IMG/VR virus record: IMGVR_UViG_3300036770_004143
Location: 1-64,000 of that record
Reading direction: 5' to 3' (one strand)
Length of the DNA: 64,000 nucleotides
The position numbers were made by a program, and so were the translations under genes. Below are positions 41,645 through 49,891 of this stretch, in pieces. Numbering within the stretch: position 1 is the first letter of the stretch; the number at the start of each line of letters is the position of its first letter. The notes under the pieces were generated by a model. The model had not been told where the DNA came from. It searched no databases and saw only the letters and a list, made by a program, of their open reading frames with translations.

Positions 41645-42126
41645 TATATTAATATTTCTCCATGTATAAATCCAGGATAAACCATTTCTCTTAATTCATC
41701 CTCATAATCATCATTATAATCATAGTCATCAGCTAATGGAGTTCCAATTAAGTCCAAATCACCGCCAACTTCCAATCCTTTTGGTAATGATTTTATATCT
41801 GTATATACTATATTCAAATCACCGCCAACTTCTAATCCTTCTGGTAGTGATGTTATTTTTGTATTAGCCAAAGACAAATCACCCCCAACTTTCAACCCTT
41901 TTGGTAATAACATTATCTTTGAAATGGATAAATCTAAATCACCTTCAACTTTCAACCCTTCTGGCAATGAAGTTATATTTGATTGAAACAAATTCAAATT
42001 GCCTTTAACATTTAAATCTTCTTCTATTAATGGTTCATTATTTTTAAATTTCCATAAAAATGGTGCTCTATGCTCTCCCTTCTCTTCAAGGAAATCAAAT
42101 ATTCTTTTTAGTGCTTCTTTTTCCAT
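41644..42126 (-). CDS. LRR array protein 5 (4 repeats)
   Basis: Same caps and repeats. Confidence 0.85.
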   Translation of the reverse strand: MEKEALKRIFDFLEEKGEHRAPFLWKFKNNEPLIEEDLNVKGNLNLFQSNITSLPEGLKVEGDLDLSISKIMLLPKGLKVGGDLSLANTKITSLPEGLEVGGDLNIVYTDIKSLPKGLEVGGDLDLIGTPLADDYDYNDDYEDELREMVYPGFIHGEILI

Positions 42127-42653
42127 TATCTAATTATTTTTCCTTTTATAAATCCAGGTTTAATCATTTCTCTTAATTCCTCTTCAGTGTATTTAGTTAA
42201 ACTTGTGAGTTTTACATTTACACCACCATCAACTTTCAATCCTTTTGGTAATGATGTCAAATTTTTACACATTATTAAAAATAAATTCTTGCCAACATAT
42301 AATCCTTCTGGTAATGATGTTATATTTGTATAATCTAAATGCAAATCCTTCCCAACTTTCAATCCTTCTGGTAATGATTTAATATTTGAATGTTCTAAAT
42401 CCAAATCACCGCCAACTTCTAAACCTTTTGGCAATGATTCTATTTTTGAACCATATAAATCCAAATTACCACCAACTACTAGTCCTTCTGGCAATGAGGT
42501 TATATCTGAATTTAAGAGACTCAAAGTCCCTTCAACATTTAATTCTTCTTTGGTTAATGGTATATCATTTTTCAACTTCCACATAAATGGTGCAATATGT
42601 TCTCCCTTTGCTTCAAGGAAATCAAATATTCTTTTTAGTGCTTCTTTTTTCAT
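42126..42653 (-). CDS. LRR array protein 4 (5 repeats)
   Basis: Same caps and repeats. Confidence 0.85.
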   Translation of the reverse strand: MKKEALKRIFDFLEAKGEHIAPFMWKLKNDIPLTKEELNVEGTLSLLNSDITSLPEGLVVGGNLDLYGSKIESLPKGLEVGGDLDLEHSNIKSLPEGLKVGKDLHLDYTNITSLPEGLYVGKNLFLIMCKNLTSLPKGLKVDGGVNVKLTSLTKYTEEELREMIKPGFIKGKIIR

Positions 42654-43237
42654 GTCCTATATATCTTTCCTTTTATAACTCCAGGTTTTATCATTTCTCT
42701 TAATTGTTTATTTGTGTATTTTTTTAATGGTGTGTTATATATATGTAAATTACCACCAACTTTCAAGTCTTCTGGTAATGAGGTTATATTTGAATATGCT
42801 AAATTCAAATAACCACCAACTTTCAAACCTTTTGGTAATGAGGTTATATTTGAATATGATAAATACAAATTACCTCTAACTATTAACCCTTCTGGTAATG
42901 ATTTTATTTTTGAATAATGTAAATACAAATCATCACCAACTTCCAATCCTTCTGGTAATGATATTATTTCTGAATATGATAAATCCAAATAACCAAAAAC
43001 TTTCAAGCCTTCTGGTAATGAGGTTATGTTTGAATCATTTAAATTTAAATTCCCCTCAACCTCTAATCCTTCTGGCAATGAGGTTAGAATTGTTCTTCTT
43101 AAATCCAAAGTACCACTAACTTTCAAATCTTCTTTTGTTAATGGTATATTATTAATTAATTTCCATTTAACTGGTGCATTTTGCTCTCCTTTCTCTTCAA
43201 GGAAATCAAATATTCTTTTTAGTGCTTCTTTTTTCAT
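42650..43237 (-). CDS. LRR array protein 3 (6 repeats)
   Basis: Same caps and repeats. Confidence 0.85.
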   Translation of the reverse strand: MKKEALKRIFDFLEEKGEQNAPVKWKLINNIPLTKEDLKVSGTLDLRRTILTSLPEGLEVEGNLNLNDSNITSLPEGLKVFGYLDLSYSEIISLPEGLEVGDDLYLHYSKIKSLPEGLIVRGNLYLSYSNITSLPKGLKVGGYLNLAYSNITSLPEDLKVGGNLHIYNTPLKKYTNKQLREMIKPGVIKGKIYRT

Positions 43238-43641
43238 CTCCTATATATCTTTCCTTTTATAACTCCAGGTTTTATCATTTCTATTAATTGTTTATTTGTG
43301 TATTTTTTTAATGGTGTGTTATTTATATGTAAATTCCCACCAACTTTCAATCCTTCTGGTAGTGAGGTTATTTTTGAACCCATTAAAAATAAAGCACCTT
43401 CAACTGTTAAATCATTTGGTAATGAGGTTATGTCTGTTAAATATAAATTCAAATAACCACCAACTTTCAATCCTCTTGGTAATGAGGTTATTTTTGAGTA
43501 ATGTAAATTCAAATCACCTTTAACATTTAAATCTTCTTCTATTAATGGTTCATTATTTTTAAATTTCCATAAAAATGGTGCTCTATGCTCTTCCTTCTCT
43601 TCAAGGAAATCAAATATTCTTTTTAGTGCTTGTTTTTCCAT
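43234..43641 (-). CDS. LRR array protein 2 (3 repeats)
   Basis: Same caps and repeats. Confidence 0.85.
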   Translation of the reverse strand: MEKQALKRIFDFLEEKEEHRAPFLWKFKNNEPLIEEDLNVKGDLNLHYSKITSLPRGLKVGGYLNLYLTDITSLPNDLTVEGALFLMGSKITSLPEGLKVGGNLHINNTPLKKYTNKQLIEMIKPGVIKGKIYRR

Positions 43642-44045
43642 TATCTAACTATATCATATTTTATAAATCCAGGTTTAATCATTTCCCTTAATTCTTCACC
43701 TGAATATTTTGTTAATGGTGTTCCATAAATATACAAATCACCCCCAACTTCCAATCCTTTTGGTAATGTTTGTATTGGCAAAAAAGCTAATAGTAAATTA
43801 TTCCCAACTTTCAATCCTTCTGGTAATGTTTCTATATTTAATTGTATTAAATCTAATGTCCCCCCAACTTTCAATCCTTTTGGTAATGAAGTTATGTTTG
43901 TTCCTGATAAATCCAAATTGCCTTTAACATTTAATTCTTCTTCTCTTAATGGTATATCATGCATCAATTTCCATAATAATGGTGGATTACAATTTTCCTT
44001 CTCTTCAAGAAAATCAAATATTATTTTTAGTACAGTATTATCCAT
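43641..44045 (-). CDS. LRR array protein 1 (3 repeats)
   Basis: Start taken at MDNTVLKIIFDFLEEK by alignment with paralogs. Confidence 0.85.
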   Translation of the reverse strand: MDNTVLKIIFDFLEEKENCNPPLLWKLMHDIPLREEELNVKGNLDLSGTNITSLPKGLKVGGTLDLIQLNIETLPEGLKVGNNLLLAFLPIQTLPKGLEVGGDLYIYGTPLTKYSGEELREMIKPGFIKYDIVR

Positions 44046-44053
44046 TATCTTAA

Positions 44054-44070
44054 TATTTATATTATAAATA
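44054..44070. promoter_or_regulatory. Palindromic pair of TATTTATA motifs serving the divergent LRR array and SOD
   Basis: TATTTATA-T-TATAAATA; each copy is 17-18 nt upstream of the start codon on its own strand. Confidence 0.6.
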
Positions 44071-44079
44071 TAATCTTTT

Positions 44080-44769
44080 ATGAAAATACTGGAAACAATC
44101 AAAGAAGAAATAATATCAAGAATACATAAAGATAATGTTGATTTCTTAATTCAAGAAATGAAAAAAGTTGGCATTGAAAAACTTCCTTATTCATATGCTT
44201 CATTAAAACCTTTTGTTGATGAAAAGACAATGAATATTCATTATAATAAACATTATATTGGTTATGTGGATAAATTGAATAAAGCATTAAAGAACACAAA
44301 ATCAAATGGTGATTTAAAGCAAATCATATCAAATATAAGCAAATATGATGATAAGATTAGGAATAATGCTGGTGGTGCATTTAATCATGCTTTATTCTGG
44401 AATATGTTAACCCCCACCAAAAAGAATGTTCCAAGTGAATTAAAAACAAAAATAAATGCAAGTTTTGGGACATTTAATGCTTTCAAGAAAAAGTTTGAGG
44501 AGGTTGCAAAAGACCATTTTGGATCCGGATGGGTCTGGCTTGTTGCAACCAAAAATAATAGATTAAAAGTAATAAGCACACCAAACCAGGATAATCCCCT
44601 TATGAATGTGATTAAGGATGGGGGTTTTCCAATATTGGGATTGGATTTATGGGAACATGCTTATTATCTAAAATATCAAAACAAAAGGGATGAATATATT
44701 CATAACTTTTGGGATTATGTAAATTGGGATTTTGTTCTTGAATTATATCAAAATGCAAATGATAAGTAG
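44080..44769 (+). CDS. sodA: Fe/Mn superoxide dismutase (Mn-type signature) with N-terminal extension
   Basis: LPYSY..L.P, H..KH..YV, NNAGGAFNH.LFW, FGSGWVWL, NQD, DLWEHAYYL.YQN.R. Confidence 0.9.
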   Translation: MKILETIKEEIISRIHKDNVDFLIQEMKKVGIEKLPYSYASLKPFVDEKTMNIHYNKHYIGYVDKLNKALKNTKSNGDLKQIISNISKYDDKIRNNAGGAFNHALFWNMLTPTKKNVPSELKTKINASFGTFNAFKKKFEEVAKDHFGSGWVWLVATKNNRLKVISTPNQDNPLMNVIKDGGFPILGLDLWEHAYYLKYQNKRDEYIHNFWDYVNWDFVLELYQNANDK

Positions 44770-44808
44770 CCAAAAGAATAGTTTCTTATATTTATATATA
44801 AAAGAAAT

Positions 44809-45927
44809 ATGTCAGTAATAGCCGAGCCGGAAAGAACACAAATTTATACAAGAATTCGTCATTTACTTGGTGCTCCATTAAGGGGTGTTGAAATAACTGA
44901 TGAAATGATGGATTCATTAATGGAACTTTCTGTTCAAGATTATGAACAGTATGTTTTGGATTGGTTGACAGAAAGCCAATGGGTTAATCTTGTCAATCTT
45001 AATATGAGTGAAAAATCTGTTGCAAATGCTTTAATTACAAGAACAATGGATTTTGAAAAACAATATGAATATTCCTATTCAAAGATTGTTGGATTGCAAT
45101 CTGGGGGTCCTTGGGTTTTACAAAAGGATTATTTTACATTGGAAAAAAACCAACAAGTTTATGAAATTCCAGCAGGAAGAGAAATAAATGAATTATTATG
45201 GTTTAGCAATCAGCCTTGGACAGCATTTGGTTTAGGTGGTGCTGGTGGCTTTGGATTTGGTGGGATTGGTCTTGGTGCATCAGATGCAGGTTTTGCCCAA
45301 ATGGGAAATCAAGGATCATATTTTATGATGTCAGGTTTTGACTACCTTGTTAGGATGCAAAGTGCAAATGTATTAACAAGGATATTAGGGGGTTCATTAA
45401 CTTATAGAATTACAGGTTTGCCAGATGGCAAAAAAGCAATACATATCTATAATACACCTGGCGGCAAATTTAATTGGGGAAATTACTCCTCATATGTTGG
45501 AAAACAAGTTTGGTATTGGTATTATGATGTGGATGGTGATAGCCGTGGGAAATGTTTGGAAGATAATCCAGATATTATAAAATTACCATCTGATGTTCCA
45601 TTGGCAGAACTAACTTGGGATAAGTTAAACCAACCAGCAAAACATTGGGTAAGAAGGTGGTTTACAGCCTATGTGAAGGAGAGTTTGGGTAGAGTTAGGG
45701 GAAAGTATAGTGGAGCAATAAAAGCCCCAGATTCAGAACTTAAATTGGATTATGAATCATTAATTAGTGAAGGTAAAGATGAAAAATCAAAACTTGAAGA
45801 AGAATTGAAACTAAGATTAGAAAGGTTAAGACCTGAAAAACAAATGGAAAAAGAAGCATTACTTGCAGAAAATTTAAACAAACAATTAAAGTTTACTGCA
45901 ATGCCAAGACAAATATATGTGATTTAA
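44809..45927 (+). CDS. Probable neck/adaptor protein (gp13-like)
   Basis: LLGAP...VEITDEM N-terminus; WVRRW..A.VKE.LG.VRGKY...P...L....L.SEG..E...L C-terminus; TATTTATA at 44789-44796. Confidence 0.65.
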   Translation: MSVIAEPERTQIYTRIRHLLGAPLRGVEITDEMMDSLMELSVQDYEQYVLDWLTESQWVNLVNLNMSEKSVANALITRTMDFEKQYEYSYSKIVGLQSGGPWVLQKDYFTLEKNQQVYEIPAGREINELLWFSNQPWTAFGLGGAGGFGFGGIGLGASDAGFAQMGNQGSYFMMSGFDYLVRMQSANVLTRILGGSLTYRITGLPDGKKAIHIYNTPGGKFNWGNYSSYVGKQVWYWYYDVDGDSRGKCLEDNPDIIKLPSDVPLAELTWDKLNQPAKHWVRRWFTAYVKESLGRVRGKYSGAIKAPDSELKLDYESLISEGKDEKSKLEEELKLRLERLRPEKQMEKEALLAENLNKQLKFTAMPRQIYVI

Positions 45928-45928
45928 T

Positions 45929-45959
45929 TTTGATTATTTAAAATTTTAATTTATCTTTG
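45929..45959 (+). promoter_or_regulatory. Bacteroidota housekeeping-sigma promoter
   Basis: TTTG (45929-32), 19 nt, TATCTTTG (45952-59). Confidence 0.7.
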
Positions 45960-45971
45960 AAATAAAAAACA

Positions 45972-46304
45972 ATGGCAATAATAAAAACAATCCCAATTCA
46001 GAAGGTCATAAATGGTGCATTTGTCAATACATCAGATATGTCCATTGTATCAGAAACAGAATATTCCACATCTGGTGAGAGTTTTATTATTGTTAGGGCA
46101 ATACCCCAATGTAAATTATTCCTGCATTCAAAGAATACAGATAATGTAACTGTAAAAGCAATGACCACTGTTATTGTTGTTCCAGACAATAATAAAATTG
46201 ATGAGGAATATGATGAAATAACATTAGAGAAAGGTGCATGTGTTGAGTTCAAGCATTGTTCAGGAACTTGGTATATTGTAAGTTCTGATGGGTTAAAAGG
46301 TTAA
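45972..46304 (+). CDS. Hypothetical beta-rich protein
   Basis: 110-aa ORF after promoter. Confidence 0.65.
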   Translation: MAIIKTIPIQKVINGAFVNTSDMSIVSETEYSTSGESFIIVRAIPQCKLFLHSKNTDNVTVKAMTTVIVVPDNNKIDEEYDEITLEKGACVEFKHCSGTWYIVSSDGLKG

Positions 46305-46325
46305 TTAAATAACAAAATAGTAAAT

Positions 46326-46637
46326 ATGATATCAACAATTAAAACAATCAAAAACCGTTTGACCAAAATATTTTGGAGAAATTTTGGTAAAAGAAAGCCA
46401 ACCCTCAATCAAGGGCATCAACCTCCATATATGTTAAATCCAATCACTAGAACCTGGTATGATGCTAATGATAGAGAGGTTAATGAACCAAAACATTACA
46501 CAGATGAAAGAACATTTGGTACTAATGACTATGAAGATTTTATAAAATATTTAGGGGATAGCAAAACAAACTGGAATTTAAAAAGTAAAGGTTTCTATGA
46601 CTTATATGCTAAATATGGTCTTAAAATGAGAAAGTAA
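46326..46637 (+). CDS. Hypothetical protein
   Basis: 103-aa ORF followed by a terminator. Confidence 0.6.
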   Translation: MISTIKTIKNRLTKIFWRNFGKRKPTLNQGHQPPYMLNPITRTWYDANDREVNEPKHYTDERTFGTNDYEDFIKYLGDSKTNWNLKSKGFYDLYAKYGLKMRK

Positions 46638-46640
46638 AAG

Positions 46641-46674
46641 AAAACCCCCAACCTTGATTAGATTGGGGGTTTTT
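46641..46674. terminator. Bidirectional terminator
   Basis: AAAACCCCCAA...TTGGGGGTTTTT between convergent genes. Confidence 0.75.
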
Positions 46675-46678
46675 AATT

Positions 46679-49357
46679 TTAAACATTATCATATATTAAG
46701 TTTGGGTTCACATCTATTTTTTCCCAAAACTTAACCTCATCTTCGGATATAAGCATAACCTCATTTAAATCATCTTGATTCTTCTCCTCATAAGGAATAC
46801 CATTAATCAATGTGCATTCTTCTTTTGTGAAGAATTGTCTATCTGCTGGGTCTTTTATTAAAATTCTATCCCTAATCTCTGGGCTAAAAGCAACCAATAA
46901 TGGAGTTATCCTTTTATTAAAAGTTACAACAGCCCGTGGCACATTATATTCACCAGTCAAGTCAGGGGTTTTTTCAAACACATTCTGATCAATATAATAG
47001 CAATTTAATTTAATACCATCCTTTGTCTTTGACACATCACCATGTGATTGTTTTGTCCCATTATTTACATAGTAAATTATATCCCCAAGATTAACATGTA
47101 GTTTCTCCTTTATGATTAATTCCATATGCGCCATCTTACTTGTAGTACTCCCAGCCTTATTTAAGGTTTTTGATTTCTTTATATAATCTTGGACACTTTG
47201 CCTAACCCTTGCTTTGTTTGCAATTTCAATTAGGGGAATTTCTTTATTATAAATCTTTTCAAAATAATTATAATATTCCTCAATAAATTCTTTTCCTTTC
47301 CCTTCAAGTAATAACTTAACCCCAACGTCAATAAACCTTTCAATGTATTGTGGAAGTTTCTTTGATTTGATTGAATTACCTGTCAACTTTATTTTGCCAT
47401 CATTTTTCATAATAGCATAGTTTTTTCTTGCAAAATTTACACAAGATGCCCAATGACCATCTAAATCCAGAGCCATCTCTTTTTTCATATATAAGTCATT
47501 GTATTCTGCAACATCAGCATATATACCTTTATAAACCTTATCTAGTTTAACTTTCCAGTTATTACCCTTACCAACATATTCCCTATTCTCAAAATCATCT
47601 GGTGCTGAAAAGTTGACACCATCTGTATCACAAACTAATGGAACATAACCCCTATCCATAAAGAATTTAATCATATGTCTTAAATATAGTCTCCCTGTGC
47701 AAGTTATCTCTTCACCCTTATCCATTTCAGCCCAGGGGAAAACTAATGGTGCAGATAATGAACCAAACAAAGAGTTGATGAAAATCTTTATTGGTAATTG
47801 CTTATTATCATAAGTTGCTGAAATTTTCTTGTCTTTGTCCTTCCACTCTTCTGCCAAATTCTTATAATCTATCCTTGCATTTCTAAAAAACTTTAACATA
47901 CCTTTCAAAACACCAGTTATATCACAAGAGGGGAATACGTCATGTGCCAATTGTATGGATGGATATAGGGATGAAAAGTCAAGTTTTATAATATTCTTTG
48001 AATACCCCACTTTAACTAACCTAGATAATCCCCCAACAAAGTTTCTCTTACCCTCACTTTGGGGTATGGCTAACTGATTATTATATGACCAAGCCAACAT
48101 CAACACCTTCCATAAACCTGCTGTACCCATTGTATAAATCCTTTCAAAAGGTAATGGGACCATTTTTGCCAATAAAAATGATGCTTGACTAAATTCTGAA
48201 TCAACTCTCATTGTTTCTTCCAAGTCATCATCAAGATATGCTTCAACAAGTTTATCACCTGTAATTCTTTTATATACTTTTGGAAATCTAATATCAAGAT
48301 CAGGATAATCTGATGCTAATTTATATTTACCATTATTAACATTTAAGAAATATTCTTCTTTATCTTGATACATTTTACCAATCTTTGTGTGTTCAATATA
48401 CACACGATCTTCATCTTCTGCATTTATATATTTTGTAATATATTTAAGACCAGCAGATTTTATATCACTATTAATTGCTTGTGCCCTTCTTACAGAGTGA
48501 ATTACATCAATAACATTATAACCCCAAATAGAGGTCTGTGTGTAATTCTCAACATCACCACCTAATTTCAACATAGAATCCCTTCTTGTATAGGATTTTG
48601 TTGGATTCAATGACTTACAAGCAGTTGGTGCATGTATCTTTAATATCTCACATCTTTTGAAAATCCACTCCCAGTCAAACGTTGATGAATTATAACCTGA
48701 TATAATTGTTGGTTTTATTTCATCAATAACTTTAAAGAACTCAATAATACCATTTGCCTCATCCTCTGGATTGATACATTCTATAATCTTAGAATAACCT
48801 TTATTGGTTTTAATACCAATCATAAATATTCTACCATCTGTAGGCTCTAATGCTGTGGTTTCTAAGTCAAATACAAGTCTTGTTATATCATCATAAGATT
48901 CAAAACCTTTAAATAATCTTTTACCTTTGGATATGAGATATTGGTCAACTGGGGGCAACATAATCATTTTAGTTCTCCCAATTTCACTCTTTGGATCCAA
49001 TCCACCCTCTTTAAAGAACGCATTTAAATGTCTATAACCCTTTAATGATTGAACCAAGAACTTCATTCCATTTTCCAATCTTGGATGGTCATCTGTTCTT
49101 AATTTTGTTATCATAATTCCATGTTTAGTCATAGCTTCCTTTTGTAAAGCCTTTGACTTATTATAGAAATTTAATGAATTTAAATTCCCAACCCAACAGA
49201 ATGCTGTGAAAGTATCTCTTGAAATTTGTTTACCTTTATTTGGGACTTCCTTTATTTTATATATGTCATTTGACATAAAATCATATTCCAAAGCAACAAT
49301 ATGCTCCTCTGGATCTGTTCCATTAAGGAATTCCTCAATATCTTGAGTTGATATCAT
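46679..49357 (-). CDS. Family B DNA polymerase
   Basis: Exo DLETT and YNSSTFD; Pol LDFSSLYPS, KIFINSLFG, CDTDG, KNYA. Confidence 0.95.
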   Translation of the reverse strand: MISTQDIEEFLNGTDPEEHIVALEYDFMSNDIYKIKEVPNKGKQISRDTFTAFCWVGNLNSLNFYNKSKALQKEAMTKHGIMITKLRTDDHPRLENGMKFLVQSLKGYRHLNAFFKEGGLDPKSEIGRTKMIMLPPVDQYLISKGKRLFKGFESYDDITRLVFDLETTALEPTDGRIFMIGIKTNKGYSKIIECINPEDEANGIIEFFKVIDEIKPTIISGYNSSTFDWEWIFKRCEILKIHAPTACKSLNPTKSYTRRDSMLKLGGDVENYTQTSIWGYNVIDVIHSVRRAQAINSDIKSAGLKYITKYINAEDEDRVYIEHTKIGKMYQDKEEYFLNVNNGKYKLASDYPDLDIRFPKVYKRITGDKLVEAYLDDDLEETMRVDSEFSQASFLLAKMVPLPFERIYTMGTAGLWKVLMLAWSYNNQLAIPQSEGKRNFVGGLSRLVKVGYSKNIIKLDFSSLYPSIQLAHDVFPSCDITGVLKGMLKFFRNARIDYKNLAEEWKDKDKKISATYDNKQLPIKIFINSLFGSLSAPLVFPWAEMDKGEEITCTGRLYLRHMIKFFMDRGYVPLVCDTDGVNFSAPDDFENREYVGKGNNWKVKLDKVYKGIYADVAEYNDLYMKKEMALDLDGHWASCVNFARKNYAIMKNDGKIKLTGNSIKSKKLPQYIERFIDVGVKLLLEGKGKEFIEEYYNYFEKIYNKEIPLIEIANKARVRQSVQDYIKKSKTLNKAGSTTSKMAHMELIIKEKLHVNLGDIIYYVNNGTKQSHGDVSKTKDGIKLNCYYIDQNVFEKTPDLTGEYNVPRAVVTFNKRITPLLVAFSPEIRDRILIKDPADRQFFTKEECTLINGIPYEEKNQDDLNEVMLISEDEVKFWEKIDVNPNLIYDNV

Positions 49358-49389
49358 AAGTATGTAATTTAAGGTTAAAGATTAAACTA

Positions 49390-49764
49390 TTAATTGAACT
49401 TCTTAATAAATGAGTCCAAAATAATAATAGTTAATTCTTCCCTTAAAGGCAATATGAGGTCTCCATCTTCATTTCTAATTAAGAATTCTCCTTTATATAT
49501 ACCTGGTGTGTTGGTCTCTCTTTTTTTGAATTGATAATATATATAATACTCTATGGTGGGGGTTGGTTCTGTTGTTTCTTTTGCAACTAAATAAGCCTCT
49601 GCATTTGTGATTTTATATGAATTATTCTTTGTATCAATCATAGAAAATAATATGGATGAAGATTCCAAATCTTCCATAAATTTCTTATAATCTGATCTAC
49701 CATCTTTTATAGGTTCAACTTTTAATATAGGTAAATCTGCATTTTTTTTTATATAAAAATTCAT
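49390..49764 (-). CDS. Hypothetical protein, possibly a BppU-like Ig-fold virion protein
   Basis: FYIKK....P.L...IYYQF....T...G.YKGEF.I......LP pattern. Confidence 0.5.
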   Translation of the reverse strand: MNFYIKKNADLPILKVEPIKDGRSDYKKFMEDLESSSILFSMIDTKNNSYKITNAEAYLVAKETTEPTPTIEYYIYYQFKKRETNTPGIYKGEFLIRNEDGDLILPLREELTIIILDSFIKKFN

Positions 49765-49810
49765 ATTATCTTTATTAATAAATATATGAAAAATATAAAT
49801 TCAAAAAAAC

Positions 49811-49842
49811 GTTGCCTAAAATATTTTGTTTGGTTATACTTG
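49811..49842 (+). promoter_or_regulatory. Candidate Bacteroidota-type promoter for the receptor gene
   Basis: GTTG, 20 nt, TATACTTG (one mismatch per box). Confidence 0.45.
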
Positions 49843-49891
49843 TAAAGTCTTATTTAAAATAAATTAATTTTTTTCACAAAACAATTTTACT

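Noticed and set aside
40173-44045. 60-nt periodic repeats resembling a CRISPR array
   Set aside because: Repeats are degenerate, in frame and encode LRR units; no unique spacers or cas genes
31275-44045. Diversity-generating retroelement acting on FISUMP, fibre or LRR genes
   Set aside because: No reverse transcriptase and no template/variable repeat pair with adenine-specific mismatches seen in this window
28021-46674. Recurrent AAAACCCCCAA...TTGGGGGTTTT elements as MITE/REP repeats
   Set aside because: Loops differ and all lie right after stop codons, consistent with ordinary intrinsic terminators
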